A program made the position numbers and the translations under genes. From the NCBI GenBank assembly GCA_003971905.1, contig RSEE01000127.1, positions 62,001 to 126,000 on the forward strand: 64,000 nucleotides of DNA, read 5' to 3'. This DNA comes from Moniliella sp. 'wahieum' (lineage: Eukaryota). The notes under the pieces were generated by a model. The model made no database searches, was not told the DNA's origin, and saw only the letters and a list, made by a program, of their open reading frames with translations. This document shows positions 14,346 to 27,093 of the stretch, one piece after another (positions within the stretch are counted from its first letter, which is position 1; the number at the start of each line of letters is the position of its first letter).

Positions 14346-14973
14346 CGCGTCGGGGGCAACTGTGTGACCCACGCTGGATTGATGGGGGGAGGTCTGGAGT
14401 GGTGGCACTGGGAAACAGGCAGACGCGGGCTCGGCAAGCTGAACGGCGTTCAGGTTCAGCGCGCAAGCGGGCCGCAGTTGCCGCGGCAGTCGCTTTGTGT
14501 CGGTCGCCAGTTTTTGCTGCAGGAGCTGTGTGGCGGGCAGGGCGGTGGGCGGAAATCAAAAACGCGACGTCACGCTGTCCCGCGTCACGGCATCACGTGC
14601 AACAATCGAACATTTGAATTTCACAGCGTGTGCGATCGCTGATCACCGATCTGCGCATCGGTGTACCAGCGCTCAGGCTGCGAAAGACAGTGAATGAGGA
14701 GCCACTGCAATACCCCCCCCCCAGGACTCACTGACCACACCACTCTTCTTTCCTGCGCCTCATGGAATTCAGACTGAAGGTCTCTTTCCAGCACACACGT
14801 ACAGACCTGAATCATCGATCAGATCCAGATCTCAGATCTCAGAGCAAAGCAACTGAGGCGTGCGGGGTTGCACCGCGGAATCGGCGGAATGATTGGATAG
14901 CACAGGGGCGCCACGTCCAAACTGCCCGGTTAGCTTGGGGAGCTTGCTTGCGATCCCCCATCTAACCTCGGCG

Positions 14974-15869
14974 ATGACCACGTCCGATCCCCAATCTTCG
15001 ACCCCCATCAAGAAGTCTCGCGCTTCGCTGCTGCGCGACTACTATGGGCTGTCTCCTTCCCACTCCCCTTCCTCCGCCGCGCCTTCAGAGCCTGCCTTTG
15101 ACGCCGACAAGAGAGTACCGCAAGCTCCTCGTTGCCGCCATTACTCCAGCCGCGTCATCATCCGGCTCTGAACCAGTGCATGCCATCCCCGGCCTGCTCA
15201 AGCACGAGGCACAGCTCCTGGGACAGATACGGGAGCTAGATGGCGAACGTCAATCCCTTGTTTACAATCACCACCATGAGCTCATTGCTGCCAGTGAGAC
15301 GATCAAGAAGGTTGGTCCTCATTCCATGTCGCTGTATCTCGTTCCATCAGACCTGACCTTCTCGTCGTCCCCTTCAGATGAACCAAAAGGCAGTAACCTT
15401 GGATTCGTCTTGCCTCACTTAAAGACTCGTTCCAGTCCATTGCCCAGCTTTCTGCCCCTCTGTACCAACCCCGACAGGGACACTTTCCTCGCCCAAGAGA
15501 GACGCTCAAAGTCACTGTGCCCGCCCTCGACGGTGGATCCGACCGGGTGGTTCCTTGACACCCGATCAACAAGAAGAGTTGCAACTTATTGTTTCCCTCC
15601 CTGAGCGACTGCGTGAGGTGATCGCAGCCGAGGCTCATTCCCCCCAAAGGCCACTCTCCGAATCGGTCTCCTCTTCTGACGGGATCCAGGCGGCGGCTAA
15701 GTTCTCCGCTGCCATTGACGCCGCGGAACAGATTCTTAAGCGGGACGAGCCTGTGGCATCCAAATGGTCACTGGCCGGCAATGAAGACGCGGGCCGGATC
15801 CTGGCTGAGGCTCAACTCATTTTGCGCAATGCGCGCGAGCTGCAACGCCAATCATTGGGTGAACCTTAA
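14974..15869 (+). CDS. VPS51: GARP complex subunit Vps51-like protein
   Basis: LLRDYYGL N-terminal motif and IRELDGERQSLVYNHHHELIAASETIKK; probable intron ~15311-15378; frameshifts. Confidence 0.82.
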
Positions 15870-16089
15870 TTGATCGCTTTCGTCTCATTCGCCCAGTTTC
15901 TTGAATGCATACAGTAGCACTCCACATATGACGTTCCCCCCGCTTCATCCCGGGAGTGGCTAGGTGCCTACTTCCTATCCTCTATGTGTCCCACCAATAG
16001 GAACCGAGAGGGTGCATCAAATACTGCGATCATCTCCCCCCCCTCTCCGTCTGCTGAATATAATGACGAGGAGACCACCGGGCCTACGG

Positions 16090-16610
16090 CCCGGTCAGCT
16101 CTTCGGTTGCAGTTACATCAGAGCACTGCAACGCCGTTGGACGCCGGGAGAAGGAGCTGTTCGGCTGCTGGAAGAAGCAGAATGCGACAAGGACGCCAAG
16201 TACCAGGAACACCCCCCAACAACCGTTTCCCCCCTGGTTTTGACGACGCGAGGATACTATGCCACCAATAAAGCGGGCAAGATGCTTGGGCACTGGAAGG
16301 ATTTGACTATACTGACTCTCAGATCTCAATGAAGATGGTTCAACGTTCACCGTTCGGATGTCTACCACGTTCATCCGTATGCACATGCGCTTCCTCGGTT
16401 ATGGGAACGGATGGCGGGAACCAGAGGGTCCTGATCGAGATCGATGGTCTCCTGTTGATTCCCCTGGTTCCTTAAGCGGGGTTGGTGCTATCATATATCA
16501 AGCTCAAGTAGCACACGCAATGAACATGTCGGATTAGGCGCAGCGCTTCTTTGTCCCAGCCTTAAGCTCTGTCAATGATATGGTTACAGTATAGAGATGT
16601 GCCGTCCACA
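16090..16610 (+). mobile_element. Relic 3' end of RLE-type non-LTR retrotransposon, copy 2
   Basis: LLEEAECDKDAKYQEH..PLVLTTRGYYATNKAGKMLGHWKDL; nucleotide similarity to 1690-2200 continues into the downstream non-coding part (tgtcccagccttaa..gtcaatgatatgg). Confidence 0.55.
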
Positions 16611-17519
16611 GTGTACGGCACAAAAGCACCACTGGTGAGTTACTATTTGTGATCGCGTTGAAGGTGTCCATTGTGTGCAGTAACCCTAAGGCGCTGATGA
16701 TTAGAATCGCGAGGGAAGAAGCACTATTAGGATCGGGACTTGCTGCTATGTAGTGTACGCGCAGCGCTTGAGAGATGGAGGCTCTTTCGGTCATATTGTA
16801 CACCAGTCTTTCCATATACAGGCACGCATAGCTGTTCCTACTTGCAAGGGGCGCATGATGCATGATCGTGATCCCCGTGGTGTGCTGCCTCGTACGTAAG
16901 TGCGCGGCTGAGCGGTAGAGCACACTGGAAGCACTGTCTGCTTCCCCCAATAATCCGCTCCACAAGTATCGAACGCTACAGCCTGGGTAGTCAGCCAGCC
17001 AGCCAGCCAGCCAGCCATCGTCGCGTCATATTCATACAGGAGTGTTTCCGGCCGTGGCGGCGGGAAAAATTTAATCCAACAGGCACCTGCCTAGTCAGCT
17101 TCAAGCTTCAAAGTGACTGGTGACTGCACTGAGGGCACGGAGGTACTGAGTTAGTACTGAGGTACTGAGAGAAGTACTGAATAATACTCACCGACTGAGT
17201 GAGTCCCAGTCCGAAGCATCGATCAGTACACTTCGCCGGGTCTCAGTGCTGGCTGAGTGGCGGCAGGGTGGCAGCAGGCGCCAGGTAGCGCTTTGTATGG
17301 TAAGTAAACCAGTCGAGTTGCGTATGGGTCTGGAACGTGGGAGTAGGTAGCTCTCTGGGGGCCGCAGTTGTGCGCTGGCGCCAACTAGCAACTAGGCTGG
17401 CTGCTGACTGTTGTTTGCTCAGAGTGAGTGTTTTCTCTATCACACCCCCTATTTGTTATTCTGCACCATCACCCCCCCACCACTGCCACCCCCCCCACCA
17501 CCTCTTCCTGCTCCCTCAC

Positions 17520-18568
17520 ATGTCTGCTGTCGCAAGCCTCAAGCCAACCATTCTCGCCATTCTCCATGCCTCGGACCTAAGTTCGATCAGCACCAAGGAG
17601 GTGCGCTCCATTCTATTGAGCAATCCACTTTATGCGAAGCACGTCCCGGCATCTCTCCCATTGACGGCGCCGACAGGCACCAGGTCAATCTCCTGATCAA
17701 AGCATGCTTTGCCGAGATCCAAGTCGCAGCAGCCATTGTTGCCGCGCCTCCGGCTAAGCGCGGGCGCAAGGTCAAGCGCGAAGAAGGTGTGTCCGCAATT
17801 CCTTCTGTTATAAGCATCCACCGCTTTCTAAGTCCACCTGCCATCCACTGGCTGATCGTATTCTGTCCTACTGATTACTGATTGTGCTCATTTCCTTACT
17901 TGTTTCTCGCCAATTGCAGAAGGACCCGCGCCCAAGAAACGCAAGCGTCCCCTCCCACGCCTGAAGCCAAAGCCAAACGAGCGACTCATCCCAACAACGC
18001 GTTCAGTGCTCCCCTTACCCTCGATGAACCCTTGGCGGCCTGTGCGAGGGCAACGATGTATGTATCATTCAGGTTCCCGAACCTTTGCTGACCCCTTGCG
18101 TTCGTACTGCAGATCCCTCGCTACGAGATCATTCGCCGGATTTGGAAGTACACAAAGAGAACAATCTCCAAGACCCAGAACACAAACGCATCGTGAGTCG
18201 CAAGCTTGACTTCCCATTTTGTGATCCCATTGGTTTGGTGTGCACCATTCTGACCCTTTTCTCCCTATTGCAGGTAATCTGTGACGCCAAGCTTCAAGCC
18301 ATCATCCCACGTGACCGCATCGATTCGTTTGAGGTCGCCAAATACATCGGTGCCCATGTTACCCGCAAGCCCAAGACTGTGGCGAGCGCTACACCCACTT
18401 CGCCCGCCCCCACGTCGCCTAATACGGATGTGAAGGAGCCGGATGCAGAGTCGTCACAACCAACAGAGGGCTTGGATGTTGCCAAACCCAAAAAACAGCC
18501 AAGACGCAAGCGCCGAGAGCGAGTCTGAGGAAGAAGAAGAGAGTGACGAGATTGAAGACGACGAGTAA
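17520..18568 (+). CDS. SWIB/MDM2-domain protein with DEK-C-like N terminus (Uaf30/Tri1/Spp27-like)
   Basis: LKPTILAILHASDLSSISTKEVR; AFSAPLTLDEPLAA; IIRRIWKY..KENNLQDPEHKR; VICDAKLQAI..IDSFEVAKYIGAHV; three introns; acidic tail. Confidence 0.8.
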
Positions 18569-19440
18569 CGGGGTGACTAGCGACTGAACGAATTCTACTT
18601 TGATCCGGTTTGGCCTATCTGTTTTGTCTGCCTTGCCATGTTTTTGGCACACGGACACGCACTCCCCAACGGCACCGCGCTCTTGGCACTCTCATGCTTC
18701 CTGTTTGAAGGGTTCTACAATTCTCACATCCCCAGTTCTGATTCTCAGCCCCTGATGGCAACTCCAGTCTCTCGTTTCCTATCAGCTTCAAGCCTCAGGC
18801 CTCAATCCAAACAAACTACGTAACATCCCCAACGCTACGCGATCAACCCAACGTCAATGCTCTCAGCGGTCTCAGTATGCTCAATTCAGCTGGGAGCTGG
18901 AGCATGGGAAGCATCAGTTTCATCCATGGGAAGCATCAGTTTCATCAGGCTGGTCGGGGGCGGGGAGAAGGGGTAGTTGGGCTCTCGTGACATGTGACAT
19001 GTGACGAAGGAGAGCTGTTACGTCGAGGGCTTATTAACACGCCACCCCCATCAAGATTGAAGGTTCATTCTTTCAGCATCGAGTCCAGGAAATAACATGC
19101 ATGAGGCCGGCCGACATGGTGCTGTGTACGTCCAAGTTACGCCCAAATATAGATAGGTGGTAACCATAGCATCACTCATCCGGCTACCATCGCTGTTCTT
19201 GAGCTACATACGCAAATCCAAGGGTGCTTAGAGAGACCATGCCAATCCGTATACGCTACGGTAGTTTTAGGACTGAGCAAGAAGCAGGCTAGGTGAGCCC
19301 ACCCGTCTTGCGGCGGGGGTCTGGTGCCGGGCACACCAAATGGAACATGAAGTCCCACAGAAGGAAGGGGAAGGCATATGGGCGAGGTAATGATGCGATC
19401 TCCAAGAGGATGGTGAAAGCGACGAGAATATTCGCCTGAT

Positions 19441-20022
19441 TTACTCGTCGTCTTGGACGATAGTCCCCTTGGCCGAGACGTAGAGACCGTCCAAAAATTT
19501 ACGGATATCCTTGTTGCGGACGAGGCAAGCACCATGCATGTCGGCGGCCGACTGGGAAACAGCGTTGATGTCGTTGCCCTCGATCAACACCTGGTCCTTC
19601 TGCGCCTTGTCCTCCGTGATGGTCACGCCCTCACGCATGGGGACGTGGCGCACACGCTTCTCACCAAGGAAGTTGCGGATCTCCACCGCACGCTTGTCAC
19701 CGGCAATGATGAGGTTGACGGGGAAATGGGCGTACACGGCGCGCACCTTGTACTGGAAACCCTTCGTCACACCCTTGATCATGTTGGCCACAACCGAGGC
19801 AGCAGTGCGGAGGCAAGCAACGTGCTTGCGGCCACCGTGCCAAACAACAAAGCGAACCTTAGTGTTCTTGGCGTCCTTAACCAGACGGATCTCCATGTTA
19901 AGGTGCTTGAGCGACTTGCTCAACTCGCCGCGAGGGCCTTTGACCCACACGTCGCGCGAAGCCACCTTCACCTCGACATCGGCTGGGACGGGAATCTCAA
20001 TGTCCTTGTAAATTTGCAGCAT
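19441..20022 (-). CDS. RPL9: 60S ribosomal protein uL6 (L9)
   Basis: VWVKGPRGEL, WHGGRKHVACLRT, KGFQYKVRAVYAHFPVN, EIRNFLGEK, KDIRKFLDGLYVS; uninterrupted frame from the ATG at 20022. Confidence 0.97.
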   Translation of the reverse strand: MLQIYKDIEIPVPADVEVKVASRDVWVKGPRGELSKSLKHLNMEIRLVKDAKNTKVRFVVWHGGRKHVACLRTAASVVANMIKGVTKGFQYKVRAVYAHFPVNLIIAGDKRAVEIRNFLGEKRVRHVPMREGVTITEDKAQKDQVLIEGNDINAVSQSAADMHGACLVRNKDIRKFLDGLYVSAKGTIVQDDE

Positions 20023-20697
20023 GGCAATTGAGTCTGGAGGAAGGACAGTCAGCATCGGCTCGGCCACATTGACAGCAAAGGGTAGAGGCGAGGGAGGTAT
20101 AGGAAGGGCATCCATCCCGGCGTTTGACGCCAGGGCATAGCCCCCTTTTCTCGGCCCCAAACGTCAAGGTCACCTGCCGACCACACCATGCACTGGTGTA
20201 GGTGGAGCGCAAGAGGACAGGCGACCGACAAATGGGGCAATACGACGAACTCAGCGAGGCCCGATAGCCCCGCGAACGGCCGCCCCCGCCCAGTCCCCCG
20301 CCCAAAGTCGCATGCTGTGGGGTGTATGCTCACCTTGAGGCCGACGTTGGTGTTGTCACGAGTTGGACAAACCTGCCGCGGCCATGACAACCACGGCCAG
20401 GACTGGGGGAATTGGGGACACACTGTCCAACTGCGAGAAAACAAGTCGAGGGGCACCAGGGCAGTTGAGCGGTTGGCTAGGGCGCAATAAAACGCGCGCG
20501 CCGCCATAGGGTTCCTCACTCGGTGTCAACTGCGAATTGAAACTTAGACCTTCCGTTCAACTGCATGTGACATGCAAGGTGCCGTTTGCGTCTCAATCTT
20601 CCGCCGAGGCAGTTCCGCGCCCTGAAAATTGGCTTCTTGTGCGCGGCTCCTGCGATGGCTCTGGCGCGGCACGCCTTGCTCTGCTCGCCTCACCGCC

Positions 20698-21609
20698 ATG
20701 CTTGCCACCGGCTCCACTGCCCAGTCCTGGCTCCAGCCCGCCGGGCGTCCCGAGCACATTGAGACGCTCATAAACTCGGTCGACCGCTACAACCCCCAGA
20801 ACCTGGACGTCCTGCAGGCTTACATTAGCCAGCAGGTTCAAGAGGGCTTTTACGATGGCCTCGCCAACTTGGCCACTCTCAAACTGTATGTCGCTGCAAC
20901 CGCTCCTCTGTGTGTGTCCATGGCAGCTGTACTAACCCCGGGATGGGTGCAGGTACCAGTTCAACCCGTCTGTATACAACCACGACGTGGTGATCAACAT
21001 TCTCATCAAAGCCCTCTTGGCACTGCCGTACCCGGACTTCAAGCTTTCTCTGGCCCTGCTCGGTGAGGCCCCCATCGCGATGGACCCGAGCCATGTGAAT
21101 CCCAAGGCTGCTCGTGCCGCCGAGGACGCCGCTGAAACCACCGCACCGACACTCGCTTCTGTGGCGCAGGTGCCGCCTTCCTACTTGGCTGGTAACATCA
21201 AGGAGCCTGTGATCCAGCGGCTGGCGCAGCTGCAGATTCTGTTGCAGAACGCGCGTTTCGTTCAATTTTGGGAGGCATACAAGAGCGCAGAGAGCGCCGA
21301 CACACGGGTACTTGGACAAAGTACCCAGTTTCACCAGCGATGTGCACCGGATTGTGTTGGACACGGTGGCGCTCGCTTTCAAGCGCATTTCGGTTCCGCG
21401 TCTGGCTCGCTATCTGGACGTGGAGCCTTCGACACTGCCTGCGCTGATGGAGAGCACGAAGGGTGGACAGTTAACGGCGAATACGTTGTGATCCAGCGAA
21501 CGTTGACACGGAGATCAAGGCAGTGACGGTCAACGAGCAGATTCAGCTGGAGCAGCTGCACAAGTTGCTTGTCCAGGCCCAGCCGGCGCCTCTGACCGGG
21601 TCGGTGTAA
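20698..21609 (+). CDS. eIF3k: Translation initiation factor 3 subunit K
   Basis: RPEHIETLINSVDRYNPQNLDVLQAY..YDGLANLATLKL/YQFNP, ILIKALLALPYPDF, C-terminal VNEQIQLEQL; intron ~20886-20952. Confidence 0.9.
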
Positions 21610-21948
21610 GAGCGTACATGATGCATGACTTTCTCTGTATTGTACCCGATGCGAGCTGGGATGCGTGGGGTGGGGCATTGGAAAGGAAATAGCAGCAAGG
21701 CGGGGCGAGACAGGATTGGCCGAGAACGGAATGGGAGTTTCGCCGAAAATGACGGAGTGCGGGCGGCGCAGCAACACGCCAGTGTGCCTGTCGCTGTTCT
21801 TTCAGACTCGGACGTAACAGGTTCCCGTGCATCCGAGCCGCGTCACCGCCGCGTCACTGCCACTGACCGGCTGACCTCTCGTCCCACACGCTGTTTTTTT
21901 CGTGCCCAGTGGATCCAGCGCTTCGCCTGCCCGGTGGCCCCGCCCGTC

Positions 21949-24541
21949 ATGACCCCTATGCCCCCGCTGGCTGGCACCGACGCCTCGGCTACCACTCCAC
22001 CCGCACCCACTGCCGCCCGCAGCCGCGCGTCGGGCAAGGGCCCCCACGCGCACCCGTCGCTGCGGCGCAACCAAGCGTGCCTGTCATGCCGCAAGCGCAA
22101 GCTCAAGTGCGATGCCCAGCGCCCCGTTTGCGGAACCTGCGCCCGCAGCCGCGAGGCAGCAACGCTGAGCCAGTACACCAGCCCTGTGCCAGTTGGCGAT
22201 TGCGTCTACCCCGATCTCGAGGTCGCTCTGCCCGAAGGACCTGACCACACCCTCCCTCCGCCTTCCGTTCGTCCTCGGCTCGTACACGCCGCCTCCCGTC
22301 CACCACCGACGTCGTCCCGGCCACAGCTGCCGCGCGCTCGTAAGCGTCCCAGCCAGGATACCGAGTCTGCCGACGTGGGGGCTGCGGGCGACTATCGCGC
22401 GGCTGGAAATGCTCTTAGCCGAGTCCCGCGAGACGATCAAAGCTCAGCAAGAGGCGGCACAGTCGACTGGTTCTGCATCGCAGACGTTTCAGCGATGTCC
22501 CAGTTCCTGGCTCTGATCTAATGCGTCCGTTCAGCAATGATGGTGGTCATTCCTCTCGGTTACCCACTCCCATATTCGGACTTGAGCCAAGATCTTCTGC
22601 AGGATCGATCCACAAGCCACACCCCCTCCACTCATCAGTTGGGCTGGGAATGCGGTTGACCCTCTCCTGTCCCTCCCTAATCCTGTGTATCCCCTCGCGA
22701 ACGAAGACAGGTTGGGCGGGCCGAAGGTACACCGGGCATTTTGGGCAATATCTCCGCCATCCCACCCCCAACCGTCCCCAACCGTGGGCGCGGGCTTTGG
22801 TGCCGATGACTTCAACGCCATTGCTGCCATAATGCTTGGACAGTGGCCTATGGATTCCTCTTCCCATTCTGGCCTCGTAGTTTGCCCCAACTACCGTCGG
22901 CTACCGACCTGGCCGCTTCGAACACCCTCGTGAGCACGATCGGGAATTGCCCCACAACTTGACGGCACTTCTCTGGATCCGGAAAAAAATCACCGAAATC
23001 CTGTGGCCTGGCTGGCCCACGGACCTGCCTCCACCTGAAACCGTGTTCACATTAGTCGATGTCTTTTTCGCGCTCCATCCGCTACGGATCTGATTGAAGA
23101 GGCAGACTTCAAACGACGACTTCATCTTTCACCTGACTCACCCCATTGGGTCGATAAGGGCCTCCTCCACGCCATTATTGCAGCTGCTGCCCCCATGTCA
23201 GGATTGTTCCGTCCCGGTATCGAACCGCCTCCGGCGGCATCTCGATTCAGTCCTCGAACTCCAATTCTGATCAGATGTCTAAACCGAGACGTGGTTGTCT
23301 CTCGGGCCGCTCCACCCCTTTCGTCAGGCGAACACGGGCAAGACATGCGTCTCCTTCTCGGATTTTCACCTTTACAGCTCGCAAGAACACGTTTCCCGTG
23401 AAATCTCAGCGGGGCCTGCGCCGAGCAATAGGCCCATCGAGTGGATGCAAGCTCTCACCATTGTGACTGAGATACTCTTTAATCGAACCCGACGGTGGAG
23501 ACTTTCCTTATGTGTGGGCTCCTGGCTAAATCGTTGGGTCCCTGTGGCTTGCTCAAGTTTAATCCCCGCGCACCTAACCTGCCCCCGGCACCTGCATGTT
23601 TTTTTGCTTCCCTGCACGACTCCAGTTGAAGAGGAGGTGCGACGACGGACATTCTGGTGGCCTACATGACCGAAGCTTGGCATAGCAACTCTGGCTTTAT
23701 TGGTCTTCCTCCATCAACGATGCAGCTGTACCACTTGTCTCCCATTTTCTTCGACCGAGACAGAGCCCAGACATTTCCACGCCCGACGAGGTGCTGTTTA
23801 GTACAGGCCACACGGACGACTTTACACTGCACATCAAATCGATGATTCTCTTTAAGCGGGTTCGCGCTTTGCTCTCCGAGCCTCGGCCACAAACACGGAT
23901 GACACTGGAGTTTGCCCATCGCATGGGTGCAATTGACCAGGCACTCCATCTTTTCCTTAACCACTGCCCGCATCCCACGGATACCGCCTGCTTAGATCTT
24001 CTCTGCGCCCGATTCTGTGCTCTTGGCGCGTTGGCCGCTCTGCATGAACCCTTTGTCGACTTTGACAAGACACATGCATATCCATTCCAGCAAATCCAAC
24101 GTGCAATTGACGACACGATCGAGCTCGTGGACCTGATTCGTGCCTCTGGCGTTGACCCTGCTCATCTCCCTGGGCGGGCACTGTTCACGTTCAATGTACG
24201 CCTATCCTTCACTTGTGCGCTGAGCTGCGATCGGGATGCTGACCTATTCACGTTTCCAGACAACCGCCAAGCTCTTGGCCGAGCACTTGAGCCACATTCG
24301 TCATACAGGGAGCCGTACGCCCGGCCTGATCGTACGAAGGGAACATTTGCTTATCGACTTTAACAAGCTCCTTTTGGTCATTCGAGACATTAACTCTACC
24401 GGCACCAACTTTGCTGCCCAAGAAGCGTATACGCGCTTGGCCGAGCTACAGCGATGCAAGTTCGACCATGCTGCTGTTGAGCGGCACCACTACACTGTTC
24501 AGAGGGAGCAAGAAGGCTCCTCCCGCGTGCAGTCGGTGTGA
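21949..24541 (+). CDS. Zn(II)2Cys6 fungal transcription factor
   Basis: RRNQACLSCRKRKLKCDAQRPVCGTC...C binuclear cluster; middle-homology-like fragments (WPGWPTDLPPPETVFTLVDVFF; EEEVRRRTFW). Fragmented by frameshifts/introns. Confidence 0.85.
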
Positions 24542-24824
24542 TCGTAACGGTGGCCCAGACACGACTCGCCACTCCCCGCTCACCGTGACCGAGTTGAACC
24601 GTCAACGTGCCAACACATCCTCTTCCCTATCCCTCATCCCTCCGACTGGCTTTTCCTATCTCCTCAGGCCTCACTAGTCACTCCTCACTCCTCACTTGTT
24701 GTTCCCAGATTACTCATACCGTCCCAGTGATTTTTCCTCCTTTCGATTGTCTGCATTCCCCACTCCCACCTCCCTCCCTGCTCTACCCTGAACCTCCGCA
24801 CACATCCCTTCTATCTGACTGGTG

Positions 24825-26715
24825 ATCGATTATCGATTATTGTTGAACGTTGAGGTGGCACATCTGCTTTGGCCAAGCTCCGTTCAGTCCCTCCTCAGGC
24901 CTGGGAGTTCGTTCTGTTGATTACATTGCTCATTTATGTTTTCGTTTTGTTGCGCACCCTAGGCCCTGATGGTAGCGACTGGCTGCTTGATGCACAAGTT
25001 CCTCTGTAGGCGTTGTTGGTTGGTTTTGACCACAAAATCACTACCATTACTGCCATAGTTTGATGGCTGATCGATCTGATCTCGCTCCCATTTCCAATTT
25101 CTTCGTCCCGAAGCGTCTCGCTCTTTCCCTACTGCTTCTTCCTCTAGCCACTTCGCACCATGTCCTCTACTCTGCTTCTTCCCCACGGACGCCGGACTAG
25201 CGTAGCTGTGATGCATGTGATGCTAGCCAGCGTTCGTTGTTGCCTATCTCGGCATCCTGTCGAAGATTATCGATTAGCGCTTAGCGCTAGCATTGAAGCT
25301 TGAAGATTGACATTGAATATTGACCCTTAGGCCCTAGGCCTTAAGAGGTTAAGTTTTAAGGCCTAAGGTGTTGTTTGATGATTAAGATGATTCGCCCATT
25401 CTCTCGGCCCCCTGGGGCTCATGTAGCTTCACAAGCGCGCGCTGACTGGATCTCTCTCTCGTCTTGTGCTGAGCCGTTGGTGGCCCTCCCCCGCAACTCC
25501 CTGTGTGCATGTGAGCGTTCAACGTTCAACGTTCAACGTTCAACGTTCAACGTTGAACCCAATGTCACTGTGAAGGAACTGGTGCTGGATGTGGACGTGA
25601 AGCAGCTGTGTTGGTCCATAGCATGAGCGGCCGGATGGAGACGACTTGGTCAAGCAAAATTACGTGCCGGCTCTTGGCGGCGTGCGGTGCCAGGCGTGGC
25701 CTACCGTGGCCTGCCTGCGCCGATCTGTCTGCAGCAGTGCAGTGGCAGCAGCGACGATCCCATTCAAACGTTCAATTCACTCGACCTGTTCTGTTACTAG
25801 TTACTCCTGCGCTTGGCGTTTCAATTTCAGGCCCAGCCTCCGAACCCGCCGGCCCAGCGTGTTGAAAGTTTGAAGCCTTGTGAGCGCTGAGCTGGAATGC
25901 GCACGGAGGCAGTATGCTGTGCCACACCATGCCGGACCTGTGCTGCACGCGCGGTCACCGGTCACCGGTCATGCATCATGCATCATGCATCATGCTTCCA
26001 TGCCCCACCCCGCTCTGCATGCAGCACTTGAAAATCGGTGGGGCGACACTGACGCAGTGCGTGCGCTTCTTTTGCCCCGCGGGCCAGAAACGTGGCGTTG
26101 CGAGCACGCTGGTGCACTGCTCCGACTCCCGACTGCGTCTTCGCCGGACTCTGTGATCCGAGAGCCGGAAGTGAAAGTGCCAAGTCGCATGTCACATGTC
26201 ACATGTCACAAAGCTTGAAGCTTCAACGTAACCGCGTAACCGCGTAACCAAGGCCCCTCTGCCCACACACCACACAATGGCCAACAAAAACCCCGACACC
26301 AACAAACGAGAGTGAACCTTTGTTCTTACCGAGACCAGAATGCGCAGCTCATCATCTGCTTTTTACGTGTCCGAATTGAAGCTTGAAGCTTGAAGCTTGA
26401 AGCTTGAAGCTTGAGAGCTTGAGGCCGAGGCATCATGACTAGCACTAGGACTGAAGAACGTAGTCATGAATCACTAGCCCAGCTGCAAGCGGTGTGCGTC
26501 TGCGCCTGCGCACTCCCGCTCTCTCCAGCGTCGAGCCGCCACGAGTACTAGCCACTAGCCAATGCAAACCGCGAATCTTCTGGATCTGATGGGTCGCATG
26601 ATGCATGCATGATGTGTCATCGTTTTCGTGTCACATGCATGCCCCAGTCACGCGCCTTGAGCCGTGACATGCATGACAGCAAACCGCCCCTGGGCCTGAC
26701 ATGTGACATCCCGCT
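24825..26715. repeat. Cluster of heterogeneous 7-bp palindromic tandem arrays
   Basis: (ATCGATT) 24825; (AACGTTC)x~6 25516-25558; (GGTCACC) 25953 abutting (ATGCATC)x3 25971-25995; (ACATGTC)x3 26188-26210; (TTGAAGC)x5 26376-26413. Confidence 0.92.
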
Positions 26716-27093
26716 CAGGTTGACGCTCAGCAGGGTTGCCGTTGAGCTCGAGGTGGGCGCGCAGGCTGAGCGCAGGCTCAGCCTTCGACGAACGTGCAAC
26801 GTTGAGTGGGTCAGCTACGCTGCTCGAAAGCTTTCACCGCGCAAGTTTTGCATTTCTCGTTTCTTCTTCGCACAACCAGCAGCCCCGCCCCCACCGTCCC
26901 TCACTAATCCCTCGTCTTCCTGGTCCCCCGTCCCGGTCCAGGCTTTAAGCTTCCGTTTGCAGGCACTTCATCGACCCTCTAACCCTGCTTCGCCTGGCTG
27001 TGGCTACGCTCCACCGCTTGCTTCACTCTCACATTGACGCCCTGCTCTTCTCTCCCTAGCCGCTGCTTCTCGCGAGCACGATCCAGCCCCATC

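Noticed and set aside
18903..18946. 22-bp exact tandem duplication
   Set aside because: Isolated, with no link to other structure.
25516..26413. CRISPR-like array or restriction-site polylinker/vector contamination (many 6-bp palindromes)
   Set aside because: No constant repeat with unique spacers. The palindromes are tandem 7-bp units scattered through native intergenic DNA and an intron, and they vary between paralogous segments.
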